In this document: piece by piece, positions 60,453 to 64,000 of the stretch
Layout of the letters: each line of letters starts with the position of its first letter
Numbering within the stretch: position 1 is the first letter of the stretch
NCBI GenBank assembly: GCA_040752895.1
Contig: JBFMHN010000001.1
Location: 163,213-227,212, forward strand
Source of the DNA: Pseudomonadota bacterium
Lineage (GTDB): Bacteria > Pseudomonadota > Alphaproteobacteria > GCA-2746255
Direction: 5' to 3'
DNA: 64,000 nucleotides
Made by a program: the position numbers and the translations under genes
The notes under the pieces: model-generated
Told to the model about the DNA's origin: nothing
The model's input: only the letters and a program-made list of their open reading frames with translations
Databases searched by the model: none

Positions 60453-61907
60453 TTATTTTGACAGCCGAAGTTCGGAAAGATGATTAGCGATCTCCTGGAA
60501 CACCCGCTCAAGGGTCGCAGCATCCGGGGCATAGTGGTAGTAGGGGGCGCCCGGTCCGGAGGCGACGCTCTTCAGCAAAGCCTCTATCGTTCCGCCGCTG
60601 TTTGCGAATTGAATCGTATAGATGATGACGCCGCTTGCCTTGATGTTGTTGGCAAGTTGCAGAAGTCTTGGGTCCATTTGCGTCCCAGCGCCAGTGCCCA
60701 GGCCGAAGACCGCCTTGTAGCCGTCTCCCGAGCCGCCGGTATTCTCGCCATCCGTCAGCAGCACGATCGCCTGCTGGCGGGTGAATGTCGGGTTCGGGTC
60801 CGCTTGAGCGAAGGGTTCCCCCGGCATCAGCGCGCGCCACGCCCAGGCAAGCCCCGCCGGAATGTTTGTCACTCCCGTAGGCGCCGTCAGGGCGTTGATG
60901 GCGTTCAATACCCCGGTTTTTGCGTTCTGCATGGGTGTGATCCCGTGCGTCAGGCATGGCGTGCATTCCGAGAAAGAAACGGCGAGCGTGCAACGTGCGG
61001 AGCCCGGCACCGGCTCGCCTTCCGGGCCGACCGGCTGCCATCCGAACCATTGGACGCCGTTCTTCGTGACTTCATAGAGATCCGGATCCGCGTCGTCGAG
61101 CGCGTTGCCGTTGTGGAGGTAGCGTTGGTAGACGCAGCCTTTCCAGTCCGCCGGTGGGGGGGAAAAAAACGGTACCGGTGAATTGTTTGCGCGGTAAATC
61201 ACCGACTGCGATACGCCGGTCAACGGATTCGTGAAAGGCGTCACCGGCGTCGTCGTGGTCAGCGCGGCGTTGTAGGCCTCGCCATTCCGCATGACGTTCA
61301 CCTTTCCGTTCCATGGCACGAGACCGATCTTTAAAAGGGCCTTCGTTTCATCGGCGCCGAACAAGATGTTGACGAGCGCGGTTGCCGCGTTGCGCGCGGC
61401 CTGAATGCGCGTGCCGCCGCCTGTGGCGCTGCTCGTCATCGAACCGGACATGTCGATGGCAAGAACGACGTCCAGCATCTGGGTCTGGCGCGTCACCTCC
61501 GTCTCGGCCGACACGTTCAGCGTGTTAAAGCCAAAAATGTGCATGAAGGTCGTCGGAATCGTTGCCGCGGCGCTTAAGGTGATTACCTCGTTGTTGGCGT
61601 CGATCGCAAAATTTGGCCCGGTGACGGCGGCGCCGAGATAGCCGGGGGGGAAATTCGCGTTGAAGTACATTTGGATGTCGGCGTCTCGGTTAGCCGAGAA
61701 CATGACCCGGCCGCCGGCCAGAGCCGCAGCATCCAGCGCCCGCGAAAGCCTGGCCTTCACGAGAAAGCCACGCGCCGCGTCGGTCGCGATGCCCAGAAAG
61801 CCGAGGGTCGGAAAGATGGCGGCCGCCAGGAAGATTGCGATGACCCCGCGGCGGTCCACTCCGAAAAGATGGCAACCCCGCTTCAGCCTTTGCCAACACG
61901 CCCGCAT
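60453..61907 (-). CDS. TadG/TadE-like pilus-assembly protein with a vWA domain
   Basis: An N-terminal TadE-like hydrophobic segment (GVIAIFLAAAIFPTLGFLGIATDAARGFLVKARL) and a vWA MIDAS motif (DMSGSM). ATG at 61907. Confidence 0.65.
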   Translation of the reverse strand: MRACWQRLKRGCHLFGVDRRGVIAIFLAAAIFPTLGFLGIATDAARGFLVKARLSRALDAAALAGGRVMFSANRDADIQMYFNANFPPGYLGAAVTGPNFAIDANNEVITLSAAATIPTTFMHIFGFNTLNVSAETEVTRQTQMLDVVLAIDMSGSMTSSATGGGTRIQAARNAATALVNILFGADETKALLKIGLVPWNGKVNVMRNGEAYNAALTTTTPVTPFTNPLTGVSQSVIYRANNSPVPFFSPPPADWKGCVYQRYLHNGNALDDADPDLYEVTKNGVQWFGWQPVGPEGEPVPGSARCTLAVSFSECTPCLTHGITPMQNAKTGVLNAINALTAPTGVTNIPAGLAWAWRALMPGEPFAQADPNPTFTRQQAIVLLTDGENTGGSGDGYKAVFGLGTGAGTQMDPRLLQLANNIKASGVIIYTIQFANSGGTIEALLKSVASGPGAPYYHYAPDAATLERVFQEIANHLSELRLSK

Positions 61908-61949
61908 CGCCGGAACCTCAAGCAAATAATATGGCTGCACTTTAGGCAT

Positions 61950-62150
61950 AAGCTATTAATGGAATCTTAAATCGCTAGGTATCTGTCGATATAATAAATA
62001 TAAAATTTTATAATATTTTTATTTAAAAGTATTTATAAGTTTTATTTATTTTAAATAAAACGCCATTACTATTTAATTCTATTATTTTTACTTTCGGTTA
62101 ATGAATTTATCTTATAAAAATACGCATCGCTCTCAAAAAGGAGGAAAAGA
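61950..62150. promoter_or_regulatory. Very AT-rich promoter region upstream of the flp pilin gene
   Basis: About 200 bp at under 25% GC (ataataaatataaaattttataatatttttatttaaaagtatttataagttttatttattttaaataaaa...) ending in an RBS AAAGGAGGAAAAG before the flp ATG. Confidence 0.5.
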
Positions 62151-62153
62151 GCA

Positions 62154-62336
62154 ATGGGTACGTTACTCAAACTTCTAAAGGATGAATCCGGCGCCACCGC
62201 GATCGAGTACGGCCTGATCGCCGCGCTCGTGTCGGTCGCCGCGATCGGCGCTCTGACCGCGATGGGCGGTTCCCTGAACTCGATGTTCACGGCCGTTTCC
62301 ACCGCGCTCAACAACGCCATTTCACCGCCCGCATAA
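62154..62336 (+). CDS. flp: Flp/Fap type IVb pilin
   Basis: MGTLLKLLKDESGATAIEYGLIAALVSVAAIGALTAMGGSL is the Flp motif (G/ATAIEY). Confidence 0.85.
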   Translation: MGTLLKLLKDESGATAIEYGLIAALVSVAAIGALTAMGGSLNSMFTAVSTALNNAISPPA

Positions 62337-62464
62337 GGCGCGCGGCTGTTTAGGGCATTGGAGGCGGGGATGCAGATGGCGATTCGGATCTGCCGCGGCG
62401 TTGCGATGGGGATTTTCCCCTGTCCCCGACCTCCGTTCCCTTTCCGGCTTGGGAGGGCTTCGAG

Positions 62465-62965
62465 ATGCTTTCGATGATCTTTCTCGATCAGGTAACGGTC
62501 ATTGCGTTTCTGGGGCTGCTCACCTGGGCGGCGATCAGCGACTTTTACAGTTACCTTATTCCGAACCGCGTTTCCGTGGCGGCGGCCATTCTATTTTGCG
62601 CGCATGTCTTGGCGGCACTGCCGACGATCGATTGGATCGGCGCGTTACTCACCGGCGGGACGGTGTTCCTGGTCGGTGCCGCCATGTTTGCCTTTCGGCT
62701 GATTGGCGGCGGCGACGTCAAGCTGTTGTCGGCCGCCGCGCTGTGGGCCGGGCCGGAGCAGATTATCGATTTCCTTCTTGTCACGGCGCTGGCCGGCGGC
62801 CTGATCTCGCTCGCCATGATGACGGCGCTTCGTCTCTATCGGCCGGGGCCGGTGGAAGCCGCCGTGTCCTCGCCGCGTTTTTCGATGCGCAAGCAATACA
62901 TTCCTTACGGCGTCGCAATTGCAACCGGTGGCTTCTACGTCGGCTTGCGTCTGCTGGCAGGGTAG
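62465..62965 (+). CDS. cpaA: Prepilin peptidase CpaA/TadV (A24 family)
   Basis: 166 aa polytopic protein with conserved Asp residues (AISDFYSYLIPN..., GGGDVKLL). Confidence 0.75.
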   Translation: MLSMIFLDQVTVIAFLGLLTWAAISDFYSYLIPNRVSVAAAILFCAHVLAALPTIDWIGALLTGGTVFLVGAAMFAFRLIGGGDVKLLSAAALWAGPEQIIDFLLVTALAGGLISLAMMTALRLYRPGPVEAAVSSPRFSMRKQYIPYGVAIATGGFYVGLRLLAG

Positions 62966-62977
62966 GGGCAACGTCCG

Positions 62978-63832
62978 ATGGCAAATGTTTTTGGTTTCCT
63001 AAACGTGCGCACCTTCGTCTTAATCCTGCTTGCAATCGCCCTTTCGGTTGGAACGGCGCTTTTCGCGCGGGGTTGGATGCATGCCGAGCGCGCGGCCCTC
63101 GCCGCTCAGCCGCAAGGCGAGCCAAAATCAGCCGCTCTGGAAATTCTGATCGTAGCGGAAGACATGCCGGCCGGCTCTTTCGTCAAGCCGAACCATCTGC
63201 GTTGGCAACCTTGGCCAGAGAAAAATCTCCTGCCAGTCTACATTGTCAGGGAAAATGGCGCGCTTGAGAATTTCATCGACACGGTCGTTCGCAGCGGAAT
63301 CACGGCTGGTGAACCGATAACGGAAGGACGCATCGTCCGTCCCGGCGATCGGGGATTTCTAGCCGCGGTGCTTTCGCCTGGCATGCGGGCCGTCACGGTG
63401 CCGATCAACGCGACTTCCGGTATCGCAGGCTTCATCTTTCCGGGCGATCGGGTGGATCTAATTCTGACCCACGCCATCCGGCTGGATAAAGAAGAAAACG
63501 GCCCGCTGAAGCGGGCCAGCGAGACCGTGCTTCGCGATATCCGCGTGTTGGCCGTCGATCAGAAGACGGACGATCAAAACAGCGAAGTGAAAATCGCGCA
63601 AACCACGACCCTTGAAGTCACAACGAAACAGGCGGAAATGATCGCCATGCTGACGGAAATGGGAAAGCTTTCTTTAAGTCTTCGAAGCCTGGCGGAAGAA
63701 GAAGAACCGGACGCCAACAAGCGCAGGCGCCGTACCTATACATGGGACAGCGAGGTCAGCCCCCTCATCAACGGAATAACGACGGCCGTCACGGTTACGC
63801 GAGGGTCGGAACAAAAAGAAATTCGGTTTTGA
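62978..63832 (+). CDS. cpaB: Flp pilus assembly protein CpaB
   Basis: N-terminal TM anchor, SAF-like domain, and a C-terminal RcpC/CpaB domain. Confidence 0.75.
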   Translation: MANVFGFLNVRTFVLILLAIALSVGTALFARGWMHAERAALAAQPQGEPKSAALEILIVAEDMPAGSFVKPNHLRWQPWPEKNLLPVYIVRENGALENFIDTVVRSGITAGEPITEGRIVRPGDRGFLAAVLSPGMRAVTVPINATSGIAGFIFPGDRVDLILTHAIRLDKEENGPLKRASETVLRDIRVLAVDQKTDDQNSEVKIAQTTTLEVTTKQAEMIAMLTEMGKLSLSLRSLAEEEEPDANKRRRRTYTWDSEVSPLINGITTAVTVTRGSEQKEIRF

Positions 63833-63844
63833 GGTGATGCCGCG

Positions 63845-64000
63845 ATGATGCGCACCGTTCTCGCCACTTTTGTCGGGTTTCTCATCTTTGCGGCGACGCC
63901 ATCGGCGTTGCCGGTCTTTGCGTCTGTTCACGCCGAATTTGTTCCGGCGATGGATCAACCGGTCGAGCTTGAAATAAATGAAGGACAGCTCGTCCGTTTG
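63845..64000 (+). CDS. cpaC: Flp pilus secretin CpaC, N-terminal fragment that runs off the window end
   Basis: MMRTVLATFVGFLIFAATPSALPVFA signal peptide. Its position after cpaB fits the conserved flp-cpaA-cpaB-cpaC order. Confidence 0.5.
   Translation, partial: MMRTVLATFVGFLIFAATPSALPVFASVHAEFVPAMDQPVELEINEGQLVRL

Overview
This is a high-GC (roughly 60-65% by eye) alphaproteobacterial chromosomal segment with Rhodospirillales/Rhizobiales-type synteny. Most of it is conserved housekeeping. The coding calls are: a partial isobutyryl-CoA-mutase-like large subunit; marR; an alpha/beta hydrolase; an AGCS-family alanine/glycine:cation symporter; mucR/ros; rpiB; glyA; the nrdR-ribD-ribE-ribB-ribH-nusB-thiL block; thiC behind a TPP riboswitch; an H+-pyrophosphatase; bamE; yceD-rpmF-plsX-fabH; ihfA-merR-tRNA-Pro; a heptosyltransferase; cutA; rplM-rpsI; argC; a gamma-carbonic-anhydrase-like protein; phaC; an ompA-like lipoprotein; aminotransferase-hom-glpX-recJ; and tRNA-Glu.

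Directly after tRNA-Glu the character changes to accessory gene content. First comes a copper-type cluster with a CopG/DUF411 protein carrying a CxCC motif, a Met/Gln-rich secreted protein, a 39-aa Met-rich membrane peptide, and a secreted protein encoded by 69-bp tandem repeats. Next is an uncharacterised three-gene operon behind an AT-rich promoter island, encoding a SAM-methyltransferase fused to a Ddl-type ATP-grasp ligase, a C92/YiiX permuted-papain amidase and an AidB-like acyl-CoA dehydrogenase. Then come three tandem paralogous pentapeptide-repeat proteins of about 430 aa each. After those are a cobalamin riboswitch with btuB-btuF-btuC-btuD-tonB; a 3-hydroxyisobutyrate-dehydrogenase-like protein; a GcvR-like ACT protein; a DUF952 protein; a GST; an ICMT-family methyltransferase; and a Flp/Tad pilus locus (tadG-like, flp pilin, cpaA, cpaB and the 5' end of cpaC) behind a very AT-rich promoter. 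Several sharply AT-rich intergenic islands sit beside the accessory genes and beside mucR itself.
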